Source: Dehalococcoidia bacterium
Lineage (GTDB): Bacteria > Chloroflexota > Dehalococcoidia > Plut-88900
Direction: 5' to 3'
Length of the DNA: 64,000 nucleotides
Assembly (NCBI GenBank): GCA_965197585.1
Contig: OZ240215.1
Location: 2,208,001-2,272,000, forward strand
Positions 20,989 through 29,222 of this stretch are shown piece by piece. The position numbers and the translations under genes were made by a program. How positions within the stretch are numbered: the stretch's first letter is position 1; each line of letters begins with the position of its first letter. Under the pieces are notes generated by a model. The model saw only the letters and a list, made by a program, of their open reading frames with translations. It was not told where the DNA came from and did no database searches.

Positions 20989-21456
20989 TTGAAGGCTCTC
21001 CTCCAAAGGGTCTCACGCGCCTCGGTAACTATCGACGGCGACACCGTAGGAAGCATCGCCACCGGGCTTACCCTCTTCCTCTGCGTCGAGCAGGATGATA
21101 CCGAGCAAGACGCCGACTACCTGAAGGAAAAGTGCCTCAACCTAAGAATCTTCCCTGACGAAGAGGGTCGGTTCGACAGGTCCGTGCTGGATGTGGGTGG
21201 GGGCCTCTTGATAATCAGCCAATTCACCTTGGCCGCCGACACCCGCAAGGGCCGCAGGCCCAGTTTCACCCATGCAGCTCCACCCGAACTCGCCGAGCCC
21301 ATGGTCGAATATTTCATAACCGAGTGCCGAGCCTGGGGTCTCAGAGTAGAGACCGGCAAATTCGGAGCCCACATGCAGGTAACCCTCTCCAACGACGGCC
21401 CCGTCACCATCTGGCTTGACAGCCGAGACAGACTAACCCCCCGGCGGAACTCCTAA
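20989..21456 (+). CDS. dtd: D-aminoacyl-tRNA deacylase
   Basis: QRVSRASV, SQFTL, GRRPSF, NDGPVT. Confidence 0.95.
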   Translation: MKALLQRVSRASVTIDGDTVGSIATGLTLFLCVEQDDTEQDADYLKEKCLNLRIFPDEEGRFDRSVLDVGGGLLIISQFTLAADTRKGRRPSFTHAAPPELAEPMVEYFITECRAWGLRVETGKFGAHMQVTLSNDGPVTIWLDSRDRLTPRRNS

Positions 21457-21552
21457 CCCAACCCTCCCTGTAGCAATTGGGGAGTGCTCCTATCCATCTC
21501 CCCCAATGAGTCGCAGACTCTGCAAGTGCGCCTTGGGCGTGCACCGAGGCGC

Positions 21553-21858
21553 GTGACCTTTGCATAACCGTCATTCCCGCCTCTGAGCCAGCTCACGAAA
21601 TACGGCATTTCCATTCCTAGGGGGTGGGGCATTCCGCTCGCCCTGAGCCGAGTCGAGGCCTGTCCTGAGGCTCTCGAAGGGGGTCTCAAGAGCGGAATGG
21701 GGGTGGGTCATTTCCCCTCTCCCTTGATGAGACCTTTGCATAACCTGTGTTGGGGGGCGTGGGGCCGCTCGTGCTGAGGCTCTCGAAGTATGAGCGGGGG
21801 GGATTACGGCATGAGGATGGAACAACAGAGATGCGATCTGCAGTTACACAAAGGTTTC
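21553..21858. repeat. MITE-like / REP composite with IS5-like termini
   Basis: gacctttgcataacc at 21555 and 21731; inverted gttacacaaaggtttc at 21843-21858; internal palindromes. Confidence 0.6.
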
Positions 21859-21946
21859 TTGATTGGAAAAGGCTAGGGTCGTAGGCTCGCTGAGGAATGT
21901 CGAAGCCTCGTCGATGAGAGTGAGAGGTGTTCCAATCAGAAACCCC

Positions 21947-23254
21947 CTACCCCACAAAATTCCTCGGCGGACTGATCGGCACCCCCTCCGCAAAGCGGCT
22001 CGGCCGGAACGCATCTATATCTATCGACGTCCTCCCGTCCACTATCAGTTCCGATATCAACTTCCCGCTCATCGGCCCCATCGCAAACCCGTGCCCCGAG
22101 AACCCCGCAGCCACTATGTAACCCTTCGGCTTATCCACCGCCCCGAACACGGGCAGCATGTCCGGCGTCAGATCTATTAAGCCCGCCCACGCCCTCTCCT
22201 CCCGCACCCCTTTCAGCCAGGGCACAGTCTCCCCCAGTTGCCTCAGCCCCTCATCCACCGTTTCCCGGTTCACCCTTGGCTCGACATCCGACCTCAGGGG
22301 CCACGGACGTCCGACTCGAGAGATCAACGGAGTCCTGGCATGGAAACTCCTGAACAGTGCCTTGCCCGCGTGGAATTTGACCAGCTTACGATGTCGGATG
22401 ATATGGGGAAGCCACATCCGGATGTCGTCGAACGTGTCCCGGGTAACGTCATAGTCCCTCGGGTGGTTGTATCCTCGGGTAAAGAGGAATCCTCCGCCCG
22501 GCTCCTGCCTGAACCCCGAGTTCGGTCCACGCACGAAGGGCATAATCCTCCTGGAGACCGGCTCCGTTATCGCCTGCGTCTGCCGGATTATCCGCACCGG
22601 GAACCGATGGCCTACTTTCCTGCCCACGTGGTTCGCCCACACCCCAGCCGCATTCACAATATAGGGCGCGTCGATCCTGCCCATGTCCGTGCGTATCGAA
22701 GTGACCTGTCCATCACTGGTATCGATGTCCAGGGCCGCGCAGTTGGTCAGCACCTCCACCCCAAGCTCTCGTGCCGCCATCTCGAAGGCCTTGGTGCTTC
22801 TCGCCGGGTCTGCGTGCCCGTCGGTCGACGAATAGAGAGCCCCTAGCACCGGGGCATTGAGCCCGGGGACCAACTCCCGGCACTCCTCGGGGCTTATTGC
22901 GTAGGAATCGACCCTGTGCTCCTTGGCCAGCCGAGCCCCCCGCTCGATCTCCTTCATGTCCGCTTCGTTCTCAACGTAGAGCAGGTTGCCGCCGCTCACG
23001 TAACCCATGTCGGCCCCCAGCTCCTTTTCGAGCCCCTCCCACATCTTGATGCACTCCAGCATGAAGGGATATTCCACCGGGTTACGGCCCTGTACCCGCA
23101 CCCCTCCCGTGTTCCGCCCCGAGGCCTCCCCAGCAGTATCCCCTTTCTCCACCACCGTGACCCTCTTACCGCGCTTGGCCAGATGGTAGGCCGCTGCGCA
23201 GCCCGTGATTCCACCACCAATGATCACGACGTCAGCATCTCTACGCTTGCTCAT
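21947..23254 (-). CDS. FAD-dependent oxidoreductase (DAO / sarcosine oxidase beta family)
   Basis: GGGITG, ASGRNTG, WAGLID.TPD, GFSGHGF. Confidence 0.9.
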   Translation of the reverse strand: MSKRRDADVVIIGGGITGCAAAYHLAKRGKRVTVVEKGDTAGEASGRNTGGVRVQGRNPVEYPFMLECIKMWEGLEKELGADMGYVSGGNLLYVENEADMKEIERGARLAKEHRVDSYAISPEECRELVPGLNAPVLGALYSSTDGHADPARSTKAFEMAARELGVEVLTNCAALDIDTSDGQVTSIRTDMGRIDAPYIVNAAGVWANHVGRKVGHRFPVRIIRQTQAITEPVSRRIMPFVRGPNSGFRQEPGGGFLFTRGYNHPRDYDVTRDTFDDIRMWLPHIIRHRKLVKFHAGKALFRSFHARTPLISRVGRPWPLRSDVEPRVNRETVDEGLRQLGETVPWLKGVREERAWAGLIDLTPDMLPVFGAVDKPKGYIVAAGFSGHGFAMGPMSGKLISELIVDGRTSIDIDAFRPSRFAEGVPISPPRNFVG

Positions 23255-23703
23255 GCCCCTGACTCCTCCAACCTACGCTCCAACTCCTCGACCCGCCGCT
23301 TCAACTCGCGCTCCCTCTGCCAACCCTCGGTTGCGTCCCTCATTATCGCCGCCACACCCTCGATCTCGCCGTCATCTCCCTTTATCAGGACCACGGTGAA
23401 CTCCAGTGATATCCGGCCGCCATCCCGCCGAATGCCTGGCACCGACAACAGCCTGTCTCCGTATTGGGTTTCTCCAGTCTCGACGACCCGATGGTAGCCT
23501 TCCCAGTGCCTCTCCCTGAACCGCTCCGGCACAATTAGATCGAGAGTAGACCCCAGCGCCTCCGCCTCCCCATACCCGAAAATCCGCTCCGCGCCCCCAT
23601 TCCACAGCCGGATCTTCCCTTCACTGTCAGCGAAGACAATCGCATCGCCCGAACCTGCGAAGATCTGCTTTAATATCCGGAGCTTGTCTGATTCCTCGTT
23701 CAA
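23251..23703 (-). CDS. stand-alone PAS domain protein
   Basis: WNGGAERIFGY, LDLIVPERFRERHWEGY, AAIMRD. Confidence 0.85.
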   Translation of the reverse strand: MNEESDKLRILKQIFAGSGDAIVFADSEGKIRLWNGGAERIFGYGEAEALGSTLDLIVPERFRERHWEGYHRVVETGETQYGDRLLSVPGIRRDGGRISLEFTVVLIKGDDGEIEGVAAIMRDATEGWQRERELKRRVEELERRLEESGA

Positions 23704-23819
23704 GTCTTACCCTTCGAAAATTATGGTAGTGTGAGCCGCCGAGCCCGATGTTCCCCCGATTCCCGACCATTGTCAAACCACCACCCATCCTTCTGATAAT
23801 CCCGCAAAGGAGCCCCGAC

Positions 23820-24338
23820 ATGCCCGGTGAATTCCTATTCTGCCCCATGTGCCGCACAGACCTGACGCCCAAGACTCGAGGCGGCAGACCCCGGCCTCAT
23901 TGCCGGGAATGTGGCTACGTCCAATACCGCAATCCCGTCGCGGGCGTTGCGGTGATATGCCGCAGGGGTCAGGGGATACTTATGGGGCGAAGGGCCGCTG
24001 GGCAAAGTCGGGGAGGCGAATGGTGCATCCCCTGTGGCTATGTCGAGTGGGGTGAGGATATTAGGGAGGCCGCCAAGCGGGAGATGCTTGAGGAGACCGG
24101 GTTAGTCATCGAGGTCGGGCCCGTCTACGACGTCCATTCCAACTTCCACGACCCCAGGTCCCTCACCGTAGGCGTCTGGTTCACCGGGACAATCGTCGGA
24201 GGCACGATGACCGCCTCCGACGATGTGGACATGGTCGACTTCTTCCCGCTGGACGAAATTCCCGAGCCTCTCGCCTTCCCCACCGACAACCTCGTCCTGG
24301 ACAGGCTACGCCGGGAAGGATTCCCCGACGGGATTTAG
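23820..24338 (+). CDS. NUDIX hydrolase with N-terminal zinc ribbon
   Basis: FCPMC..CRECG; GYVEWGEDIREAAKREMLEETG Nudix box. Confidence 0.9.
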   Translation: MPGEFLFCPMCRTDLTPKTRGGRPRPHCRECGYVQYRNPVAGVAVICRRGQGILMGRRAAGQSRGGEWCIPCGYVEWGEDIREAAKREMLEETGLVIEVGPVYDVHSNFHDPRSLTVGVWFTGTIVGGTMTASDDVDMVDFFPLDEIPEPLAFPTDNLVLDRLRREGFPDGI

Positions 24339-24470
24339 AAATAGCCTGAATAAACTGTGCCCCAATCTGTTCGGCCTATTTACCCCCAATGGTAAACCGA
24401 GCAGATCGGGGCACAATACTCAAAGCTCTTTCCTTGTCTAGAAAGCTATAGCGTCGGCTGTGGAAATTAC

Positions 24471-25856
24471 CTACCCGCTCACCCCCAGCTCCGCCTCAAA
24501 CTCCGTCAGGGAGCGGTCCAGGGCCTCCAGAATCTCGTCCACCTGCTCCTTGGTTGCGATCATGGCAGGAGCGATGAACATGGGCAGTCCACGGTTAAGG
24601 TTTTGCGGCCGTCTCGGGCCCCAGAGACTGGAGTAGAGGGCTAGTCCGTTCTTGAGGGCTATCGACTGGAAACGCTCTTCGGCGTTTATCTCGGGTGAGA
24701 AGAACTCCAGGGTCTCCTTGTTGCTGACCAACTCGGGCACCATTAGCATTCCCTGGCCCCGGATGTCGGTTATGGTCGGATGGTCGAGCAAAGCCTTTCC
24801 CTGCTCATGCATGTATGCCCCGACCGCCGCCGAGTGCTCCACCAGCCCATCCTTCTCGATAATGTCTATCACTTCAATACCGACGGCGCAGGCTACCGCG
24901 TGCCCCGAGTACGTGTACCCGTGGGTGAAGTGCCCTCCGTCGGCGAAGGCGTCATTTACTTCGTCGGAGACAGTCACTGCAGCCAGTGGTGCGTAACAGC
25001 TCCCTATTCCCTTGGCCGTGACCATCACGTCCGCCTCTACGTCGTAGTGCTCCATCCCGAACCACTTACCAGTCCGGCCCCACCCCGTAATCACCTCATC
25101 GATAATCAGGAGCACGTCATACCGGTCGCAAATCTCGCGAATGGCCTGCCAGTAATCGGGAGGCGGTGCGAGCCCATAGTCCCGGCCTTGGGCCAGGGGC
25201 GTGGCTATGAACGCGGCCACATACTGCTCACCTGCGTAGTAAATCGCCTCTTCCAGCTCCTGGGCACACTGCACTGCATAGTCTTTTGGGTCCATCCGGG
25301 GCGGCGTTTCCCTCTCGCTGTGCTGCTTGATGTGGGGCCAGTCCGTCAGCATGGGAGTGTAGGCATTCCGGTTGCCGGCCACCCCCGCCACCGAGAGCGC
25401 TCCCAGGCTCATCCCGTGGTAGCTCTCATAGCGGGAAATAACGATGTACTTCTCCACATTCCCCTTATTCAAGTGATATTCGCGGGCCACCTTTATCGCC
25501 GTCTCCACCGCTTCCGACCCTCCGGAGGCCAGGAAGGTTGTGTTCAGGCTTCCGGGCGCTTTCTGGCTGATCCGCTCACACAACTCAGCCCGAGGCCGGT
25601 TGGACATGATCGGGTGACAATAAGCGAACTTTTCCGCCTGTTTTGTCATCGCCTCGACTATGCGCGGGTCCCCGTGCCCCAGGTTGACCGCCATCGGCCC
25701 CCCCGACGCATCGATGTACCGGTTACCGTCCTCGTCATACAGATAGATGCCCTCGGCCCTTTCCAGGACGGGGGAAAAGGGATGGTAGGCAAAGGCACGA
25801 TTCCAAATTCCTTCGGGCTCCCTGATAGTTGGTCTCGGGTTTTCCGTAAGCGTCAT
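24471..25856 (-). CDS. class III PLP-dependent aminotransferase
   Basis: GGSEAVETA, SYHG, DEVITGWGRTG, TAKG, HGYTYSGH. Confidence 0.92.
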   Translation of the reverse strand: MTLTENPRPTIREPEGIWNRAFAYHPFSPVLERAEGIYLYDEDGNRYIDASGGPMAVNLGHGDPRIVEAMTKQAEKFAYCHPIMSNRPRAELCERISQKAPGSLNTTFLASGGSEAVETAIKVAREYHLNKGNVEKYIVISRYESYHGMSLGALSVAGVAGNRNAYTPMLTDWPHIKQHSERETPPRMDPKDYAVQCAQELEEAIYYAGEQYVAAFIATPLAQGRDYGLAPPPDYWQAIREICDRYDVLLIIDEVITGWGRTGKWFGMEHYDVEADVMVTAKGIGSCYAPLAAVTVSDEVNDAFADGGHFTHGYTYSGHAVACAVGIEVIDIIEKDGLVEHSAAVGAYMHEQGKALLDHPTITDIRGQGMLMVPELVSNKETLEFFSPEINAEERFQSIALKNGLALYSSLWGPRRPQNLNRGLPMFIAPAMIATKEQVDEILEALDRSLTEFEAELGVSG

Positions 25857-25923
25857 GTCCCCTGCCTCCTGCCCCGGGCTGGTGCCTCGGGTCTAAAATT
25901 CCACGATTCTACGTTGGCCATTG

Positions 25924-26124
25924 CTAAATTGACGGGGGTGGTTCATCAAATGGTTGGCCCAGTCTCTCAGCTTCGAGTCGCTGCTCGTTCCACGCTTGCC
26001 ACAGCGCCGTAACTTCCTCTCGTATCTTAGCTTCAGCTTCTTCCCTCGCCTCCGCAACCGCCTTGGCTATCTGCTTCTGCTTTCTATTCTCGAACCACTC
26101 GTCCAGTCTTTCAGCCAGTACCAT
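25924..26124 (-). CDS. hypothetical protein, paralog of the C-terminus of 26154-26594
   Basis: LAERLDEWF..KQIAKAVAEA..LWQAWNE.R.EAE..G.PFDEPPP; GGGAG RBS. Confidence 0.65.
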   Translation of the reverse strand: MVLAERLDEWFENRKQKQIAKAVAEAREEAEAKIREEVTALWQAWNEQRLEAERLGQPFDEPPPSI

Positions 26125-26153
26125 TTCGATAGTCTCCCGGCCAGGAACGTGGC

Positions 26154-26594
26154 CTATGGGGAAGGCGGCGGCTCATCAAAGGGTTCGCCCATCGTCTCTG
26201 CCTCTATTCTCCGCTCGTTCCAAGCCTGCCACAAAGACCCGATTTCAGCCCGCGTCTTCTCTTCCGCCTCAGCCACCGCCTTGGCTATCTGCTTCTCACG
26301 CCTCTTGGTAAACCACTCTTCCAGTCTCTCTGCCAGTACCAAACCGTTCCTCCATAACTCAGTGACGATTAGCGACCCCGCCACCGACGCTATAACCAGC
26401 CTCCCCACCCCTGCCCACGCCGCCAACGCCGTATCTACTATCCCATCGGCCTTGTTCACGTGGACTTCTGCATATGTTACCAGCCCACCGCCAATCAATG
26501 CCAGAGTTATGAACACGATGAAGTATAGACCCTTCGTCTCCCTGCTCACGCTCCATATCGAATCTCTACCCTTCTGTTCCTGCTTATCCAACAT
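26154..26594 (-). CDS. hypothetical 2-TM membrane protein with coiled C-terminus
   Basis: Two hydrophobic segments then LAERLEEWF..WQAWNERR..PFDEPPP. Confidence 0.7.
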   Translation of the reverse strand: MLDKQEQKGRDSIWSVSRETKGLYFIVFITLALIGGGLVTYAEVHVNKADGIVDTALAAWAGVGRLVIASVAGSLIVTELWRNGLVLAERLEEWFTKRREKQIAKAVAEAEEKTRAEIGSLWQAWNERRIEAETMGEPFDEPPPSP

Positions 26595-26791
26595 TTATCC
26601 ACTTAATCAGGCTTATTTTCAGTATATTTGTATGACACATTGTGACCGACCAACGTTCAAACTCTACAGGTCACTGTCAAGGGCATTCCGGTCCAGGACA
26701 TCCACAAATAACTGACAGCCGTGCCCTCTGACGGTATCATTCCCTCAACCGGGCCCCGGGGCCCGCATCCTCACCTGCCGGAGGCCGTCAC

Positions 26792-28003
26792 ATGGAAGCG
26801 CCCCTCAAAGGTATCCGAGTCCTCGAGGTCGCCAATTGGCTCGCCATCCCCTCCTGTGCAGCCATGATGGCCGACATGGGCGCCGATGTTATCAAAGTGG
26901 AAGCCTTACAGGGCGACACCTTCCGCACCGAGATCCGGGACGCCGATTTCGGCAAGGCTTTCCCCATCAGCTACGCCTTCGAGCTCGATAACCGTGGCAA
27001 ACGCTCCATAGCCCTCAATCTCGCCCGACCCAAGGCAGTTGAGGCTGTACACAAGCTCGCCTCCAAAGCCGATGTCTTCATGACCAACCTGATACCCCGC
27101 CGTCAGGAAGCCTTCAACCTCACCTACGAAGAGCTTTCAAAGGACCACCCCAGCCTGATCTATGTCTCCTTTAACGGCTACGGCACCGAAGGCCCCGACA
27201 AGGACCGCACCGGCTTCGACTACACGGCTTTCTGGACTCGGTCCGGCGCTATGTCCCTCTTCAGCCGGCCTGGCAAGGAGCCAGTCAACCTTCGCTCCGG
27301 CTTCGGGGATCACACCAGTTCTCCCATGCTCCTCGCCGGGGTAATGACCGCGCTGTGGGCCAGGGAGAAAACGGGACGGGGACAAAAGGTCGCCTGCTCC
27401 CTGCTTAACATGGGCCTATGGGTCATAGGCGGAGACCTTTCCCGCTCCCTCTACGCCCAGCAGCACCCGTTCCAGTGGACTCGGGAAGAGTCGCCTAACC
27501 CGCTCCAGAACACTTACCAAACGGGAGACGGGAAGTGGATAAACATGGTCTCGCCCAATACCAACGAGAAGTGGGCCAGGTTCTGCCGAGCCCTGCAGCG
27601 CGACGACCTCATAACCGATGAACGATACTCGGAGCCGCTCGCCCGGCGCGCCAACGGCCGCGAACTGATCCCCGAGCTTGACCGGGTCCTTGCAAGCAAC
27701 ACCCTCGAAGAACTCGCCCCCCGCCTCGACGCCCAGGGCGTCATCTGGGCCCCCATGCAGGACCTAATGGACGTTATGTCCGACCCTCAGGTCCGCGCCA
27801 ATGACTTCATCACCACCGTCGACCATCCCGCCCACGGCCCCTACGAGACCCTTGCCACGCCCCTTAAATTCAGCGAAAGCGAGATCAAGCCCCGTGGCGC
27901 AGCCCCCGAGATGGGCCAGCACACTGAACAGATCCTGGTCGACGAGCTCGGCTACTCCTGGGACGACGTGGAGACGCTCCGCGAAGACGGTGCTATAAAC
28001 TGA
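26792..28003 (+). CDS. CoA-transferase family III (CaiB/BaiF)
   Basis: PLKGIRVLE, ADMGADVIKVE, NRGKRS, FGD, APEMGQHT. Confidence 0.93.
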   Translation: MEAPLKGIRVLEVANWLAIPSCAAMMADMGADVIKVEALQGDTFRTEIRDADFGKAFPISYAFELDNRGKRSIALNLARPKAVEAVHKLASKADVFMTNLIPRRQEAFNLTYEELSKDHPSLIYVSFNGYGTEGPDKDRTGFDYTAFWTRSGAMSLFSRPGKEPVNLRSGFGDHTSSPMLLAGVMTALWAREKTGRGQKVACSLLNMGLWVIGGDLSRSLYAQQHPFQWTREESPNPLQNTYQTGDGKWINMVSPNTNEKWARFCRALQRDDLITDERYSEPLARRANGRELIPELDRVLASNTLEELAPRLDAQGVIWAPMQDLMDVMSDPQVRANDFITTVDHPAHGPYETLATPLKFSESEIKPRGAAPEMGQHTEQILVDELGYSWDDVETLREDGAIN

Positions 28004-28050
28004 CGGGCATGGTAAATCCCATCCGACAGACGCCGAATTTGGAGTTGCAT

Positions 28051-28110
28051 TTGACAAGTCGTGAATCTGAGCTAATATAGACGACGAATATATATAGCAC
28101 AGAGATATAT
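28051..28110 (+). promoter_or_regulatory. sigma70 promoter with tandem AT-rich operator-like boxes
   Basis: TTGACA (28051), TAATAT (28073); atatag-N7-atatat twice. Confidence 0.5.
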
Positions 28111-28113
28111 ACT

Positions 28114-29127
28114 TTGATGGATAGTAACGCTATGGCCATCTCCGCAGTCAGACCCTCTCGACTCCGACTCCGGCTCCGGCGCCCCAACGCCGAGGCGTTA
28201 ATCTGGCTGCTAACCGGCACCCTCCTTCTAATCGGCTCCCTCGTCCCTGATTCTAACGCCGATATGGTCAGAAATGTCGGTTGGGGTATTCTCAAGATCC
28301 TGCCGGTGCTTGCCATCGCCTCGCTGCTCGCCGGGGCGCTGACCTTGGGCAACTGGTCTGACCGCGCACTCTTTTGGCTAAAGGGCGGGACCCTGCGCTC
28401 GATACTGATCGCGAGCTTGATCGGAGCAGTGACGCCCGTATGTGGACTCGGCGTCCTGCCTCTAATAGCCTCCCTCCTCCGCCGAGGTGTTCCCCTCGCA
28501 CCCATCATGGCCTTCTGGGTCTCATCGCCGGTCACCGACCCCAGCATGATGTTAGTCACCGGCGGAATCATCGGCCCCGATTTCGCAATCGCCAAGACTG
28601 TTGCCGCATTCTCCATCGGCATGTTCGCCGGAGTGGTGACTGCAGGTCTGCCCGGCTTCCGGGGATCGGTCAATGAGCTGATGCGTACCGAGGCCCTGGA
28701 GCAATACGGCTCCTGCGAAGCCGACCGCTCTCGCTTCTGGCCCGAGGTCATCAGCAACTCCCGCCTCGCCCTCCGATGGCTTGCCCTGGCCCTCGTCCTG
28801 GAAGTCTTCCTCCAGCGCCTCGTCCCCGACGAGTGGATTATGTCCCTCTTCGGCGCCGAGGCCGGTGCTTCAGTACCCTTGGCGGTGATCGTCGGCGCTC
28901 CCATGTACCTGGACGGCTACGCTTCCCTGCCCCTCGTTCGGGGCCTGCTTGAAATGGGCATGAGCTTCGGAGCCGCCCTGGCCTTGATGGTATCCGGTGC
29001 GGCCATCAGCCTCTACGCCACCGTAGCAGTCGTCTCCGTAGTCCGCGCCCGGGTCTTTGCCCTCTACGTAATCCTCGCCCTCATCGGCGCAACCATGGTC
29101 GGCTACGCCGCCAACCTAGTCCTCTAA
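28114..29127 (+). CDS. permease (DUF318 / ArsP-like)
   Basis: GAVTPVCGLGVLP, MAFWVSSP, GAPMY; multiple TM segments. Confidence 0.85.
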   Translation: MMDSNAMAISAVRPSRLRLRLRRPNAEALIWLLTGTLLLIGSLVPDSNADMVRNVGWGILKILPVLAIASLLAGALTLGNWSDRALFWLKGGTLRSILIASLIGAVTPVCGLGVLPLIASLLRRGVPLAPIMAFWVSSPVTDPSMMLVTGGIIGPDFAIAKTVAAFSIGMFAGVVTAGLPGFRGSVNELMRTEALEQYGSCEADRSRFWPEVISNSRLALRWLALALVLEVFLQRLVPDEWIMSLFGAEAGASVPLAVIVGAPMYLDGYASLPLVRGLLEMGMSFGAALALMVSGAAISLYATVAVVSVVRARVFALYVILALIGATMVGYAANLVL

Positions 29128-29222
29128 CCTTCTCCCCTCCCCCCGGTCATTCCTGCGGGGGCGGGGCGTCCAGCCCCCTCTCCCTCCGACCAGTGTACAG
29201 ACCGGGGACATAGGTTACACCA

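Noticed and set aside
24780-26012. 410-aa + strand ORF
   Set aside because: Antisense shadow of the aminotransferase
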